Counted from the first letter of the stretch, positions 18,775 through 28,748 are shown. The stretch is DNA of 64,000 nucleotides from Alphaproteobacteria bacterium (GCA_965214705.1 OZ243972.1:1280001-1344000); one strand, 5' to 3'. Translations and numbers: made by a program. Notes: generated by a model not told the origin, from the sequence alone.

Positions 18775-19830
18775 TCAGGCCCGGCCGGCCTGCTGGAGGA
18801 TCGAGAACATGGCGTCGATGCCGGCGGCGACGGCCAGGGTGACGAGGATCAGCAGCGCCGCGTTGAGCCCGGCGGCGCGGGTCCTGAGCAGGTCCTCCGA
18901 GCGGTCCACCCAGCGCGCCACGAAGCGCGCGAGCTTCGCCTCCCAGCCCGGCACGCCGTCGAGCGCCGCCACCACCGGCACCAGCGCCGGGTCGGGGAAG
19001 CCGTGGCCCGCGAGCGTCATGGCGCGCCCGAGGCCCGCGCCCCGCGCCATGTGGCGCTGGATGGCGCCGATGCGGTGGCGCGCGTAGGGCGCGGCGCGGC
19101 GCCTGAAGTCCTCGAAGGCGCGGTCGTTGAGATCCAGTCCGGCGCCCAGGAACTCCAGCACCACGAACAGGAAGGCCGAGCCCGTGACGGTGCGGTAGAG
19201 CGAGAAGGGCGCGACGCGGTCGAGCGCCGTCCGCCCCGGCCCGGTCCAGTGCACCATGGCGATGCCCACGGGCGCCGCCACGGCGGCGCAGAGCGCCGCG
19301 AACCCCAGCGGCCGCTCGTGGAGCCAGACGGATGCGGTGCGGAACACCGACGCCGCCGGCCCCCAGCGCTCGGGCGGCACCACGCCCTCCAGCACCGGCA
19401 CGAACCAGCCGCCCGCCGCCCACAGCATGGTGACGACGGCGACGCCCAGCAGCAGCGGCATGGCGAGGGCCTTCCTCACCGCCGCCATCTGGCGCTCGCG
19501 CAGCTCCGCCACCCGCGCGGCGGCGGCGAAGAGCCGGCCGGCGTCCACCCTGCCGTAGGCCTCGAATATCATCGCCTCGGCCGAGGGCACCGAGGCCGCC
19601 ATGGCCTCTCCGAAGCGCCCCTCCGGCAGCGCCCGGCGCCAGGACGCGATCAGGCGGGCGCGCGCGCCCCGCCCGGCGAGGGCCTGGCCGGTGACGTCGA
19701 GCGCGCGCTCCAGCTCGAAGCCGGCGTCCAGCAGATCGGCCACCGTCCGGAAGCAGTCGACGCGCGCCTTGCGCCCCATGACCAGCGCGGCATGGAGGCG
19801 GCGCAGAGCGGTGACGAACCGGGCGATCAT
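18775..19830 (-). CDS. pilR: PilR/GspF-family platform protein
   Basis: Three TM regions, FSLYR, GHGFPD motif. Confidence 0.82.
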   Translation of the reverse strand: MIARFVTALRRLHAALVMGRKARVDCFRTVADLLDAGFELERALDVTGQALAGRGARARLIASWRRALPEGRFGEAMAASVPSAEAMIFEAYGRVDAGRLFAAAARVAELRERQMAAVRKALAMPLLLGVAVVTMLWAAGGWFVPVLEGVVPPERWGPAASVFRTASVWLHERPLGFAALCAAVAAPVGIAMVHWTGPGRTALDRVAPFSLYRTVTGSAFLFVVLEFLGAGLDLNDRAFEDFRRRAAPYARHRIGAIQRHMARGAGLGRAMTLAGHGFPDPALVPVVAALDGVPGWEAKLARFVARWVDRSEDLLRTRAAGLNAALLILVTLAVAAGIDAMFSILQQAGRA

Positions 19831-21584
19831 GCGGACTCTCCGGCTTCTTCGGGCACCGGGTCGGCCTGGGCCTCGTGCTCCCCGGCGCCGCCCTTGAGCA
19901 GCGCGTCGAAGGGGTCGACGGCGCCCTGCCTCACCAGGGCGCGGATGCGCACTCCGATCGGGACGCCGCCCAGCTCGCTCCGCCACCAGGCCCACGCCCC
20001 GAGCGGGTCGCCCTTGCGCACGAAGCGCAGGTAGCCCGCGTCGGGGCGGATGGTCTCGCAGATCGCGGTCTGGCCGAGATAGCCGTTCCAGGCCCGGGCC
20101 GAGACCTCGCCGCCGTCCGCGCGCCGGCACTCGGGGCAGCCCTCGGCATTCCTGAAGCGCAATCCCTCGAGCCCGCCGAGGCGGGCAGCCAGCCCCTCGG
20201 GCACGGCGCGGCCGCCCGCCGGACGGTCCAGCGCGCAGGCGCCGCAGAGCCGCGGCAGCAGGGTCTGCTTCATCAGCAGCGCCACGTTGCCGGGCTTCGC
20301 CACCTCGGCCGCGCCCACCCCCATGTCGATCAGCCGGAAGGGGATGGCGTTGGCGTTGTGGACATGGATGGTGGTCCAGATCTGGTGCCCGGTGTCGACG
20401 CACTGCAGCACCTGCCGGGCGGCGTCGGCGTCGCGGATCTCGGAGACCATGCCCGACGCCGGATGCACCCGGCAGAAGTGCATCAGCGCCTGGCTGAAGT
20501 GCCCGGCGCGGGTCTCGCCGGCGCCGGCCGTCGGCACCGCGATCTGCAGCGCGCCGGGAATGCGGTACTCGACCGGGTCCTCCAGGGTGACCAGGTTGAG
20601 CTGGCCCGCCATCTCGGCCATCTGCAGCGCGAGGTTGACGGCGAGCGTGGTGGACTTGCCGTCGCCGGCGCGGCCGCCGATGAAGACACCGCCCTGCATC
20701 GCCATGCGGATCTCGGCGAAGAGCGCGGCCTCTTTCGCCGAGAAGCCGAGGCCCTCGAGCGTCGTGCCGGGGTCCAGGCGGTCCGTGTAGAAGAGGCGGG
20801 CGAAGAGATGGTCGGCGTCGGGGTCGTGGGGTCCGCGCTCGCAGCGCAGCGCCGAGATGCCGCCCGGCAGCGGCACCGGGCCGCCGGCGCGGATGGAGAA
20901 GCCCTGAAAGGAGGCGCGGCGGTAGCTGGTCTGGGACGAGCCCTCGTCCTTGCAGTGGAAGAGGAAGCCCATCGCCTGGCGGCCTTCCTCGGCGGTGAGC
21001 GGCGCACTCAGCGGCAGCTTGCGGTCGTTGACGATGGCGAAGACCCTGCAGGCGTCGCGGCCCTGCTCGAAGACCACGTCGCTCGCCTTCGCGGCTGCGG
21101 CGTCGGCGAGGAGCCGGCGCAGGCGGTCGGCCGCTCCGCCGCCGGCGGCCGTGTTCTCGCCTTCCTGCGCGCGCCAGAGCGCGGCGATCTCCTCCAGCGC
21201 CGCGCTCTCCTCGGCGAGCGCCGGCGGGATCGCGCCGGACTCGCGCAGCGCCACCAGGTCGAGGCGCAGCCGGTCGTCGGCCTCGTAGCCCTCGGCGATC
21301 AGGCAGCGCCCGTCGGTGAACACCGCACAGAGCCGCCGGAAGCGGGCATCCATCGCGCTGCTGCGGATCGGCAGGTCGGAGGCCCGAGGGTCTCCGGCAC
21401 GACTGTCCGCGGCACGAGTGTCTCCGGCACGAGGGTCCGTTCTCGGCGCCGGACCCGTCAGCCCGGCCAGCGCCGGCCCGCCCCGGCCCCCGCCGAGCCG
21501 GAACATCGCGGCCGCGGCCTTCGAACGCAGGCGCGTGCGCATGCGGTTGCACCGGAGGCCGAGCCAACGGCCGAGCCGCCTCAC
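19827..21584 (-). CDS. pilQ: PilQ/GspE-family assembly ATPase
   Basis: Walker A variant GRAGDGKST, TLEDPVEY, EIRD, TGH...TTIH, two CxxC. Confidence 0.88.
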   Translation of the reverse strand: MRRLGRWLGLRCNRMRTRLRSKAAAAMFRLGGGRGGPALAGLTGPAPRTDPRAGDTRAADSRAGDPRASDLPIRSSAMDARFRRLCAVFTDGRCLIAEGYEADDRLRLDLVALRESGAIPPALAEESAALEEIAALWRAQEGENTAAGGGAADRLRRLLADAAAAKASDVVFEQGRDACRVFAIVNDRKLPLSAPLTAEEGRQAMGFLFHCKDEGSSQTSYRRASFQGFSIRAGGPVPLPGGISALRCERGPHDPDADHLFARLFYTDRLDPGTTLEGLGFSAKEAALFAEIRMAMQGGVFIGGRAGDGKSTTLAVNLALQMAEMAGQLNLVTLEDPVEYRIPGALQIAVPTAGAGETRAGHFSQALMHFCRVHPASGMVSEIRDADAARQVLQCVDTGHQIWTTIHVHNANAIPFRLIDMGVGAAEVAKPGNVALLMKQTLLPRLCGACALDRPAGGRAVPEGLAARLGGLEGLRFRNAEGCPECRRADGGEVSARAWNGYLGQTAICETIRPDAGYLRFVRKGDPLGAWAWWRSELGGVPIGVRIRALVRQGAVDPFDALLKGGAGEHEAQADPVPEEAGESA

Positions 21585-22672
21585 GGACCGTCTCCCGGCC
21601 GCGCGCGGTACGGCAGCAGGGCCGCCTCGCCGCTCTTCCCGGCACCGGTCACCCGCATGCCGGGCGGGCGTCCGGCGATGGCCGCCACCGTGCCCGCGCC
21701 CGGCAGTGCGTCGCCCTCGCGCACGAACCACACACCCATCCCGTCGGTGACGCCGGCACGGAGCGCACCGGCGCTGCCGATGATCGAGAACCAGCCGTAG
21801 CGCGGGGACGGCGGCGCTTCCTGCGCCACCCCTTCCGGAGCCGTGAGCTCCGTGAGCAGCGGCGACGCCTCCATAGTCCGCATGACCGTCGGTTCGCGCA
21901 CCGGTTCCGCGGCGAGCTCGGGGACCGCGTCGAGAGAGTTCATGAGTGTCTCGGGCGCCGGCTCGCGGGTGGCCTCACGCAGCTCCCTCAGCCGCGCCTC
22001 GGTCTCGAACAGCGCGGTGACGATCTCCTGGCGCTCGCGGCAGAGAGTGAGGATCTCCAGCTCGATCGCCAGCGCAGACAGCGCGTCCGCCTCGCCGGCC
22101 GCACCGGCCAGCAACCGCTTCAGCAGCCCGCGGGGGCAGCCCTCCGCCGCGAACACCGGTGCGGACGCGGCGGGCAAACCGGGCTCTCCCGCGACGATCC
22201 CCGACAGGGCCTCCAGCAGGCGGCTGCCGGCTGCCGAGGCGTCCGGCTCCGCTCGCAATTCGTTTGTCTGCTCGGTCGGCAAGCCGGACGTCGTCGCGCC
22301 GGCCACAGTCCCGGTCGATCCGTCCAGTCCGGCGGGCACGGCTTCGGCCATCCCGGTCACGGAGGTCCCGTGCCCGACGCCCGGTTGCTCCGCCGGCGGC
22401 TCTGCCTTGATATCGTCCAGGCCCATACGGGCTGAAGCGGCCGTTTCCGGTAGAGCCGAACCTTCGTGGGCAGGCGTGGATGACGCATCCGGCGCCGCCT
22501 CCAGCGAGGACGCCCCCGCCCCGTCCGCGGCGGTCTCCTGCGAGCCATCGATCGCCGCGCCGGGGAAGGGCATGAGCATTCCGTCCTCGGCCGCCGCCCC
22601 TTCCGCAGCCGTCAGTGCGGCGGCAAGCACGAGCCCGGCGACGCAGGCCGCCCGGTGACGCCCTACCCTCAT
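21581..22672 (-). CDS. PilP-like protein
   Basis: Signal peptide, coiled coil, C-terminal SIIGSAGALRA...VREGDALPG. Confidence 0.65.
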   Translation of the reverse strand: MRVGRHRAACVAGLVLAAALTAAEGAAAEDGMLMPFPGAAIDGSQETAADGAGASSLEAAPDASSTPAHEGSALPETAASARMGLDDIKAEPPAEQPGVGHGTSVTGMAEAVPAGLDGSTGTVAGATTSGLPTEQTNELRAEPDASAAGSRLLEALSGIVAGEPGLPAASAPVFAAEGCPRGLLKRLLAGAAGEADALSALAIELEILTLCRERQEIVTALFETEARLRELREATREPAPETLMNSLDAVPELAAEPVREPTVMRTMEASPLLTELTAPEGVAQEAPPSPRYGWFSIIGSAGALRAGVTDGMGVWFVREGDALPGAGTVAAIAGRPPGMRVTGAGKSGEAALLPYRARPGDGP

Positions 22673-23886
22673 CGCGCCGGCAATCCCGCCCGGCCGGCGA
22701 GGGCCCGCCAGGGATAGCGGGCCGTTCCCTCCAGGCCCTCCAGCGCCACCACCAGCTCGCCCCGCGACCAGCGCCACGTGCCGGCAACCGTCTCCGCGCC
22801 GCCGCCTCCGGCCGTCAGCGTCCCGTCCGGACGAAGCCGAACCACGGTACCGGGGCGTTCCCCTGTCCCTGCGCGCCCCGGGAAAGGAAGCGCCAACGGC
22901 GTGCCTGCCGCCGCCAGCCGGTCGGTGATGCGCATCGCGGCGAAGCGCTCGCCGGTGGGAAGGAAGGGAAGCGCGTCGCCGATGCGGTAGCGCGGGCGGA
23001 TCGGCAGCCGCTCGTAATGGACCGCGATCTCCGTGCCGCCTGCCGCCGGCACCAGCCGGCCGGTGTCGGCCACGCCGCCGTCCTGATCCAGTAGCCAGAG
23101 CTCGTCGCCCCCGGCGCCCAGCACGAGCACGTGCCGCGCTCCGGCGGTGTCCGTCAGCACGAACCCGTCGTTCTCGGCGAGGAACCTCGCGAGGTCCGCG
23201 CCCGGCAGCCGGTCGCGGCCCTGCGCGGCCGCGACCCCGGTCGCACCGGGACCGCGCAGGTGCGAGCCGGGGGCGTTGCGCACCGGCGCCTCCGGGTCCT
23301 GCGCCATCATCGCCTCGAAGGCGGCTGCGGTCTGCTTCCCGTTGACCGGCAGCCCGGCGGGCAGGGCGAGGCCGGGACAGGCCTCCTTCATCGCCTTGGG
23401 CCAGCTCTCCTGCACCCAGCCGCGCGAGGCCACCGCCCACCGGCCGTCCCAGCGGGACGCCGCCTCGTTGTGAAGCCCTCCCGTGTCCGGATCGTAGAAG
23501 AGAGGGGTGTGGCCCCGGCGCCTGCCCGGATCCGGCTCCGCGCCCGGCTCGAGATAGTTGTAGAGCGACCTGAAGGCGCGGGACGGCACCACCCGCCAGC
23601 GCGCCCCGGCTCCCGCATGAGCGCCGCCCAGGTGGGCGCAGGCCAGCAGCGCGCCGTCGGGGCCGTGCCAGTGCGCCCATACCGTGCCCCGGTCGTCGGC
23701 CCGGGCGGCGTTGGGCCGCTCCAGCACCCAGACCCGGCCCGACAGCAGGTCCTCGAAGAACGCAGCCGAGTGGGAGCTCAGGTTGGCGCCCGGCGGGGCG
23801 GCCTGTCCCCAGGCGGCGTCCGCCGCAGCGAACAGCGCCGCAAGTCCTGCTGCCGCGGCAGCGCCCCGCATCGATGCCCGCCTCAC
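22669..23886 (-). CDS. Exported hypothetical protein
   Basis: Stop-overlapping start, signal peptide, ~400 aa, no recognised family. Confidence 0.6.
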   Translation of the reverse strand: MRRASMRGAAAAAGLAALFAAADAAWGQAAPPGANLSSHSAAFFEDLLSGRVWVLERPNAARADDRGTVWAHWHGPDGALLACAHLGGAHAGAGARWRVVPSRAFRSLYNYLEPGAEPDPGRRRGHTPLFYDPDTGGLHNEAASRWDGRWAVASRGWVQESWPKAMKEACPGLALPAGLPVNGKQTAAAFEAMMAQDPEAPVRNAPGSHLRGPGATGVAAAQGRDRLPGADLARFLAENDGFVLTDTAGARHVLVLGAGGDELWLLDQDGGVADTGRLVPAAGGTEIAVHYERLPIRPRYRIGDALPFLPTGERFAAMRITDRLAAAGTPLALPFPGRAGTGERPGTVVRLRPDGTLTAGGGGAETVAGTWRWSRGELVVALEGLEGTARYPWRALAGRAGLPAR

Positions 23887-25538
23887 GGCCGGCCCCCGGA
23901 ATGAACCGACCCACGGCCGGCCGCCGGCATCCAGCGCTCCTTCAGCCGGCGCACCATCGAGACGTAGACCCGGAAGGCGCCGTCCCCGTCCCCCGCCGCG
24001 ACCCGGGCCACGGCCTCGTCGATCCGTCCCGCGATCCATGACCACTCCGCATGGCCGGGCGGGATGGCGGCCACGATGCCGGGCGCGATGGCGTAGTACT
24101 CCGCCACCAGCGCCCGGCGCTCCGCCGTGCGCGCCATGTAGCCGTCGCGGAAGGCGCGCAGCGCCGTCAGCGTCGGCCCGTCGTCGGCCTCGCCGCGCAG
24201 CCCGGCGACCGCCGCGGTCAGGAAGCAGCCCCCGCCTCCGTCGCCGCTTCCGGGGCCGCCGCCTCCGCTGCCGTCGGTGCCGCAGGTGCCCTCGCCGGGG
24301 CCGTCGCCGCCCGGACTGGTGCCGCCGCAACCGTCGTTGCCAGGTCCGCCGTCGCCCGGCCCTCCGGCGCCGGGACCGCTGCCGCCGGGGCCGCCCCAGT
24401 CCGGCTCCTCCTCCGGCACGCAGTCGTCGCGCTCCAGCGCCCAGGCAGTGCGGATCGTCTGCGTCACCGGGGCCGCGTCCCAGGGGAACTGTGTCGAGCG
24501 CAGCGTCACCGTGCGCCGGTAGCCGAGGCTCCCCACGTGACCCGCCGGGCACGGACCCGTCCTCGCTTCCTCGTGCGACCTCTCGCTCACCACGGGTTCG
24601 GGCGGCGGGGGCAGGGCGTCGCCGGTCCAGCAGCTCGTGGACACGAACTCGGGCGGCCCCAGCGCCTCGCCTGCCGCCGTCACCGTCCTCTGCCGCCGCC
24701 ACACCTCGCGGCCTTCCATGCGCCGGTTGTGGGGAGGACCGGCATCCCAGTGGCAGGCCAGCGTGTAGTGCTCCCACTGGCTGTAGTCGGCCCGGCAGAG
24801 GTCGATCGAGACCTCCCAGGCGCCTTCCGCGGGCTCGCCCACGGCGTTGCCGCGCCCGTCGTAGGACTGCGTCACCTCGCGGATCAGGGTGCGGCCGTCG
24901 CCGTGCTCGCCGTCGCCGCAGGGCTCATCCCTGCGCTCGCGCGTCACCCGCTCCGTCGTATGCGCGAAGGGATCGCGCACCGTGCCCGCCAGCGCGGCGC
25001 GTCCGGAGGGGAGCGGACCGCCCACCGCGGCCGACGACAGGCAGGCCGGCAGCGCCACCGCCGCGCGCCCCGCGCCGCCCCGAGCGATGCCGTTCTCCAG
25101 CCAGTGCAGCGCGGGATTGCGGCCGTCGCCGTAGGCGTGGGGCGCGGCATGGACCGCGCGGTGGTCCGGACCGACACCCTTCAGCCTCTCCGGCGCCAGG
25201 TAGACCAGCAGCACGTCGTCGCAGTAGCGGGCCTCGAGCCCGCGTTCCGTCCACGAGGCCTGCCAGCCGGTCCCGGCCGGCGGCACCGCGCCCGGCCATG
25301 CCGTTGCGGCAGCCGCCTCGTCCAGGATGAAGGTCTCGAGCCGCCGCCATGCGGTCTCCACAGCGTGCGCGTGCGCCAGCGCCTCCTGTCTGTAGACCCG
25401 GTCGTCCGGCGCGACCTGTGCCTGCGCGGAACCCGCCGAGACCATGACGAATGCGCCGATGCCGCCCAGCAGCCACGCCCGGTAATCGCGGCTTCCACGC
25501 TGCCGCCGCCTGTCCGTCGCCGTGCCCTCAGCTTCCAT
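23883..25538 (-). CDS. Cys-rich exported protein with C-terminal CFI-box-CTERM domain
   Basis: Gly-rich linker then GGCFLTAAV...LRAFRD...LVAEYYAIAP. Confidence 0.75.
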   Translation of the reverse strand: MEAEGTATDRRRQRGSRDYRAWLLGGIGAFVMVSAGSAQAQVAPDDRVYRQEALAHAHAVETAWRRLETFILDEAAAATAWPGAVPPAGTGWQASWTERGLEARYCDDVLLVYLAPERLKGVGPDHRAVHAAPHAYGDGRNPALHWLENGIARGGAGRAAVALPACLSSAAVGGPLPSGRAALAGTVRDPFAHTTERVTRERRDEPCGDGEHGDGRTLIREVTQSYDGRGNAVGEPAEGAWEVSIDLCRADYSQWEHYTLACHWDAGPPHNRRMEGREVWRRQRTVTAAGEALGPPEFVSTSCWTGDALPPPPEPVVSERSHEEARTGPCPAGHVGSLGYRRTVTLRSTQFPWDAAPVTQTIRTAWALERDDCVPEEEPDWGGPGGSGPGAGGPGDGGPGNDGCGGTSPGGDGPGEGTCGTDGSGGGGPGSGDGGGGCFLTAAVAGLRGEADDGPTLTALRAFRDGYMARTAERRALVAEYYAIAPGIVAAIPPGHAEWSWIAGRIDEAVARVAAGDGDGAFRVYVSMVRRLKERWMPAAGRGSVHSGGRP

Positions 25539-26865
25539 GCCCGTTCTCCTCTCCATCCTGGAACTCCGGCCCCATGCCGGAGTCCGGACCGCCCCCGGCG
25601 GCCGGTCCGGGCGTCTGCAGCCCGGACGCGGGGATCCGCACCGGCGCCGCCGGCCGCCCGTCCAGCCGCCACGGTCCTTCGGCCCCGCGCGAGAGCGCGG
25701 TGATCTCCAGCCCGTCGATGCCGCCCACCAGCGGCGCCAGGCGCGTCAGCGGACCCGGATCCTCGATCGCGATCCGCCAGCCGCCGTCCGCGCCGCGGGC
25801 GTAACCCACGGCGCCGCCGCCGGTGCCGAGCGCGCGGTCCACGTCGCGCCGAAGCGCCAGGAACGGGGGCGCCGGTGCGTCCGCGATGCGCAGCACCGGG
25901 CCGAGCGGGACCGCCGCCCAGGCCCTTGCGCCGGCCACCGCCGCCGCGTGCCAGCCCGAGAGGTGCCTCTCCGCGAGCCGACGCTGGATCGCCTCCGCGT
26001 GGCCGTCCGCCAGCCGCCAGCGCACCAGCAGCACCGCGCGGCCCGCGAGATCGGGAACCAGCGCCGAGAGCTCCGCGTCCTCGAAGCGGGCGACGCACTC
26101 GATGCGCTCGATGCGCCAGGCCGGAAGGAAGGGCGGGTGCTCGATCAGCGCCCGCCGGCAGGCCGAGATCAGCGCGGCCCCGTCGACCGAGACCGGCAGC
26201 TCGGGGTCCGGCGGCGGCTCCGCCGGCGCGGGCGCCGTTTCGGGCGCAGCGAGCCATTCGAGAAGCGCCTCGCCTTCGAACCAGACAGCGGCGACCGCCG
26301 CCAGAACCGCGAAGCCCAGCAGGGCCGGGACGGGCCGAAATCCCGCGCGCCGCGCCGCCGCGCGCTCCAGCGCGATCGATCCACCGGCCTTCGAGGCCGT
26401 CTCGCCGAGCGCCGCCGTGTCCAGCACCGCGACGTCCGCGCCCGCGATCTCCGCCCGCAGCCCCGGCGTGGCGTACAGCGTCCAGCCCAGCGCCCGCGCC
26501 CGTTCGAACGCCTCCAGCGCCGCCGCCCGGTCCTCGAACACCTCGTCGCCGTCCGCCAGCACCGCGCCGCCCCGCGCCTTCACCAGCGCATAGCGGCGTC
26601 CGCCGCCGGACGAGTCCGCGTCGGCCTCGACCAGCGCCATCCAGAACTCGCCGTCGATGCAGTCCAGCAGCGCGAGCGCGAGCGCCGGAAGGCCCTCCGG
26701 GTTGTCGGCCGGATCGCCGGCGGCGAAGCCGGTGCGCTCCCGGTGGTGGACGTACCAGGGCCGCCCGAGACGGCGGGCCGTCCGCGCGGTCGCGCCGGGG
26801 CCGCTCCGCTCCAGCCAATAGAGGCCGGCCGCGTAGAAGCGCCCGCCCACCGCGATCGCGCTCAC
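25528..26865 (-). CDS. pilO: PilO2-like type IVb pilus accessory protein
   Basis: GRFYAAGLYW N-terminus, central TM, AWRIERIEC; follows pilN. Confidence 0.72.
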   Translation of the reverse strand: MSAIAVGGRFYAAGLYWLERSGPGATARTARRLGRPWYVHHRERTGFAAGDPADNPEGLPALALALLDCIDGEFWMALVEADADSSGGGRRYALVKARGGAVLADGDEVFEDRAAALEAFERARALGWTLYATPGLRAEIAGADVAVLDTAALGETASKAGGSIALERAAARRAGFRPVPALLGFAVLAAVAAVWFEGEALLEWLAAPETAPAPAEPPPDPELPVSVDGAALISACRRALIEHPPFLPAWRIERIECVARFEDAELSALVPDLAGRAVLLVRWRLADGHAEAIQRRLAERHLSGWHAAAVAGARAWAAVPLGPVLRIADAPAPPFLALRRDVDRALGTGGGAVGYARGADGGWRIAIEDPGPLTRLAPLVGGIDGLEITALSRGAEGPWRLDGRPAAPVRIPASGLQTPGPAAGGGPDSGMGPEFQDGEENGHGS

Positions 26866-28550
26866 AGCGGTTCTCCCGGGCTGCCGGGGCGTTCCCCTGT
26901 ACCAGGGAGCTCTCCTGTACCAGGGAGCTCCCCTGTCTCGGCGATGCCCAGAGGCGCACCGATCTCGGCTTTCACCAGCAGAACCTGCTCGGTGCGCGAC
27001 AGCGCCCCGCGCCGCGCGCCGCCGGGAAACGGCACGTCCTCGGAGAAGGTCCCGGAGCTCTCCGACTCCGCGCGGCGGGTCGAGAACCCGGTCACCAGCA
27101 GGGTCTCTCCCCGGCGTATCCGCTGGGTCACCTGCACCGCGCGGCTGGCGTAGGCCGGGAGCTGGATGGTGGTGCCGCCGCCGGAGACCTCGCGGAACGC
27201 CGGACGGTCCCGCAGGCTCGCGAAGAGCCGCACCAGCACCTCGCCCGGCCCGGTGATGCGCGGGATGTAGCTCGCGGCGAAGCCCGACGAGACCGTGCCC
27301 GGCACGATCTCGGTCTGCGCGATGCCGTCCCCGGCCGTGGTGCGCTGCTCCTTGACGTAGGCTTCCTTGTAGAGCTCGAAGAACTGCGCCGGCTTGCCGT
27401 TGAGCGAGGGGATGTCCGCCGACAGCACCCGCGACACCGTCCCTGCGCTCGACAGCGCCCGCACCGTTGCCGCGAGCGTATCGCTCACCGCGGCGGAAGG
27501 CCTGACGATCGCCACCGCTTCCGGCGTCACCGCGAGTTGAGCGGACGTGCCGAACAGCTCCTTCACCAATGCCGCCAGGCCGAGCCCGTAATCGGCTTCG
27601 CGCTCCATCCGCACCGCGTAGACGTGCACCGAGAGCGTGACCGGCCGCAGCACCTCTCGGTTGAGATACCTCAGGAAGCCCCGCACCCGGTGGATGTCGC
27701 GCGGCGTGCCCGTGACGAGCAGCGAGGCATTGGACGGCGCTGCCGTCACCGCCGCGCCCGGATCCACGAGGGCCGCTGCCTGCGCCTCGATCTCGGGCCA
27801 GGGGTCGTACTCGGTCTCGGCCGCGATCGACTGCCGGGTCAGCACGCCGCCGCCCTCCTCGCCGCCCGACGCCGCATCGTCGGTCGAGCCGGAAGCCCGG
27901 TAGCGCTGCGTGCCGGCGAGCGCATGGATGCGGAACACCACCGCCTGCCGGCGCACGATCTCGACGGCGCCGCCCTCGCCGTCGTAGCGCCAAACATAGC
28001 CGGGCGGTTCCGTCCAGGCGTCGAGCAGCGCATCGAGCGGGCCGGTCCAGACGCCGCCGTCGGGCGACAGACCGTCGACGCCGAAGCCGGCGGGAGAGTC
28101 CGCGGGGGAGGTATCGCCCCCCGCCGGAGGCGATCCGGCGAAGCGCACCGGAATCCCCGTCGCCGCCTCGATCCGCCGCGCCAGCACCGAAGCCTCGCCG
28201 ATCCCGGCCAGCGGCAGAGTGACAGCATCCGGCTGCAGGAGCTGCGCCGGCAGGGTCGTCTCAGCCGCGTGCTCCTGCGTCGAGAGCCCGAGCCAGGGGC
28301 GTTGCTCGATCACCCGGATCGCGGAGAAGCGCGGCCGCTCCGGCGCCTCCCTCAGCGCCCGGACCTCGCGCGCCGCCGCGTCGGTCTCGCTGCGCGCTTC
28401 TTCCCGGACCGCCGATCCGCAGCCCGACAGAAGGACCGCGCAAAGGATCGTCAGCACCAGCTCCCGGCCCAGGCGCCGATGGCGGCAACCGAACCCGCGG
28501 CGGCCCGTCAATGGGGTCTCGATGAGATCGGAAAACCGCGCTGCCGACAT
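26862..28550 (-). CDS. pilN: PilN-family lipoprotein secretin
   Basis: Lipobox LSGC, LVTGTP, SLNGKP, VPGTVSSGF, GETLLVTGF. Confidence 0.88.
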   Translation of the reverse strand: MSAARFSDLIETPLTGRRGFGCRHRRLGRELVLTILCAVLLSGCGSAVREEARSETDAAAREVRALREAPERPRFSAIRVIEQRPWLGLSTQEHAAETTLPAQLLQPDAVTLPLAGIGEASVLARRIEAATGIPVRFAGSPPAGGDTSPADSPAGFGVDGLSPDGGVWTGPLDALLDAWTEPPGYVWRYDGEGGAVEIVRRQAVVFRIHALAGTQRYRASGSTDDAASGGEEGGGVLTRQSIAAETEYDPWPEIEAQAAALVDPGAAVTAAPSNASLLVTGTPRDIHRVRGFLRYLNREVLRPVTLSVHVYAVRMEREADYGLGLAALVKELFGTSAQLAVTPEAVAIVRPSAAVSDTLAATVRALSSAGTVSRVLSADIPSLNGKPAQFFELYKEAYVKEQRTTAGDGIAQTEIVPGTVSSGFAASYIPRITGPGEVLVRLFASLRDRPAFREVSGGGTTIQLPAYASRAVQVTQRIRRGETLLVTGFSTRRAESESSGTFSEDVPFPGGARRGALSRTEQVLLVKAEIGAPLGIAETGELPGTGELPGTGERPGSPGEPL

Positions 28551-28650
28551 CTCCGCATCGCCTCCTTCGGGCATCGAAGGCGCGCAAGAGAACCCGGAGA
28601 ATCGCGGCTGTCAACGGATAAAAGTCAATGGAAACAATCGTCTAATCATA

Positions 28651-28700
28651 CTCCAGACCACTCGGGACTACCCGGTGACACTCCAGACTACTCAGGACCA
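28651..28700. repeat. Five 10-bp phased imperfect direct repeats upstream of the transfer operon
   Basis: ctccagacca/ctcgggacta/cccggtgaca/ctccagacta/ctcaggacca. Confidence 0.6.
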
Positions 28701-28748
28701 CGACCGAAATTTTTTTGCCCCGGTCCCAATTGCCGCCACCCCGGCGTC

